The position numbers and the translations under genes were made by a program. Of a stretch of DNA of 64,000 nt, positions 62,260 through 64,000 are shown one piece after another. Every line of letters starts with the position of its first letter. The first letter of the stretch is position 1. Source of the stretch: Octopus sinensis (Eukaryota); assembly GCF_006345805.1 (NCBI RefSeq), contig NC_042999.1, positions 46,872,001 through 46,936,000 of the forward strand, in the 5' to 3' direction. Below the pieces are notes generated by a model. The model saw only the letters and a program-made list of their open reading frames with translations, made no database searches and was not told the DNA's origin.

Positions 62260-64000
62260 ATATATATACAGGATGAGTGAAAAGTAAGTAAACATTAAAA
62301 ATTGTTAATAAAATCCATACTCCTCTGACAAATTTAGTGTTATTTCGAAAGAGAAAACCAAATTATTCCGTTTATGGCAGCGAAAACTTTTTATTTAATA
62401 CAATGCAAATTACGATGAAGACATCCCACCATCTTGGGATATAAGGAACAGCAATCAGCCTAATATTCAGCAATAGTTTCCCGATAGATCTAGCATAAAT
62501 TAAGGTTACTGTTTACCAAATAGGAGGAAACATTCAAAAACTCATATTCAACTAGAAAACTTATGAAAATAAACGCCAGAGCAAGAAAATCCAGAACGAA
62601 AGCGCAGTGACCAATACACACTGTTGATGAAGAAAACGTCTATATCAACTGAAATAAGGCAGAATTCATATCTATTTGTCAGCACAACAAACCCCAAAAC
62701 ATAAAAGACATAGGAAACGTTTTTCAGACACCTGAACAGATATGCTCTGCAGTTATTCATTTAACAGAAACAGATTTAAATAATGAATTTCAACATCATG
62801 TAAAAGGACAAAAATTTATGCCTTCACTAACGGTGGAACATCAAGCCTTAGACGATTTAATCCAAAAGGTCTATCGAATATTGCGATCGCTTGTTTTTCT
62901 TCCGTAGCACCAATGAAGTGGATGAATCCCTGATAAGGAACAAATAGAAAATTGCCACACCAGACAGAAGCATCAAACACAAGATCTGTACATTTACATC
63001 CGTTCCAAATATACAGTTAAACAACGTACTAGTGTCAGATCACATTACTACCAACGAGAGATTTTACAACTTAGATCTCTCCACAACAATGATACAATAG
63101 TTAATACACAAGCAAATAAAGTATCTTGGCATTTTTTCCTAATTTAATCATAATTTCAATATATTTTAGAAGAATTGAGCGTCCTTCTGAGCAACCTATA
63201 TTCAAGTGTGCGTGTGTGTGTCTGCGTTTGTGTGTGAAAGAGAGATTGAGATAGCCTGTTTGTGTGTGTAATGTGTGCGTAAGTGTATGTATGCGTGTAC
63301 ACACGCATACACACAAACACACGCACACACACATTTATATATGTATATCACTTAATGAAAATGCACTTAATAAGTAGAGATCTATATCGTTGGTCTAAAG
63401 ATATAGATCTATTTCGGAGCAAACCAGTGCTTTTTATGTTTGACAATCTCTACATATGTTATTATGAACACCTAATACAACTTATATTGCTTACAATCAA
63501 TTAAACTCTTTTAAAAACTGATTTGCTATTCAAAATGCAAATGTTATGAACATCATTGAATAATTCAAGATCGGTGTATTTGGGGAACTTTTCAGTTTTT
63601 TTAAACCATAATATAAAGCTTTATTTTCTATAATAATGTGAAATATTCAATATGAGTTGATATTAAATATTTTATTAACAGTGTTCTTTATGGAATCATT
63701 TATTCGACGAATTATTAATAGCAAGAAATTCAAACCTCTTTAATAACATAGCCTAATGTCTATCATAGTCTATACTTTTAATGCCGGGTTAGTTTTGGTA
63801 AAAGGGTTAGGGAAATATATTATCTTGAAGTTGTATTAGTTGAAAAATATGCTGAGTGGGAGTCATCGCGAGTGAATATCACTTGATAGCACGTACCATA
63901 CTTTTGTTATTCATTTAAGGTGTGTAGTTTGTCGGAGTAGATGCAAAAACCACCTCGGTTCCTCGAAGTCTCAATAAATTTAACAAGCTATGGCTGATAG

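Noticed and set aside
18-63504. Numerous ORFs in the track rich in IY/YI, CV, TH, poly-L, poly-S, poly-E or poly-K
   Set aside because: They are translations of (TA)n, (CA)n, (TACA)n and triplet microsatellites; there is no evidence of coding.

Overview
AT-rich eukaryotic genomic DNA, repeat-dense and mostly intergenic or intronic. The SINE families and the (TA)n, (TACA)n and triplet microsatellites look like an octopus/cephalopod genome; this is an inference from repeat style. No complete host gene can be called, and most ORFs in the supplied track are microsatellite read-throughs. Ordinary content: many tRNA-derived SINEs, several MITEs, and decayed mariner, piggyBac and RTE elements. Three unusual things stand out. 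(1) Eight complete or near-complete type-I minimal hammerhead ribozyme (HHR) motifs, plus one decayed one, lie in RT-less Penelope-like (PLE) derivatives of several families, mostly bordered by (TA)n tracts. They include a non-coding element with two identical HHRs 479 nt apart (retrozyme-like; 8074-9044), three unrelated families with a compensatory U3-A8 core (3225, 9427, 61305/61878), and a young 4.6-kb element encoding only an Asn-rich leader plus a GIY-YIG endonuclease (35102-39760). (2) Two head-to-tail, divergent ORF1-only (gag-like zinc-knuckle) retroelements without ORF2 (25226-28367) share a 3' tail with the most common SINE. (3) An indel-free but ~21% diverged tandem duplication at 40.7/41.1 kb. 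All structures were derived by eye; ribozyme activity is untested.
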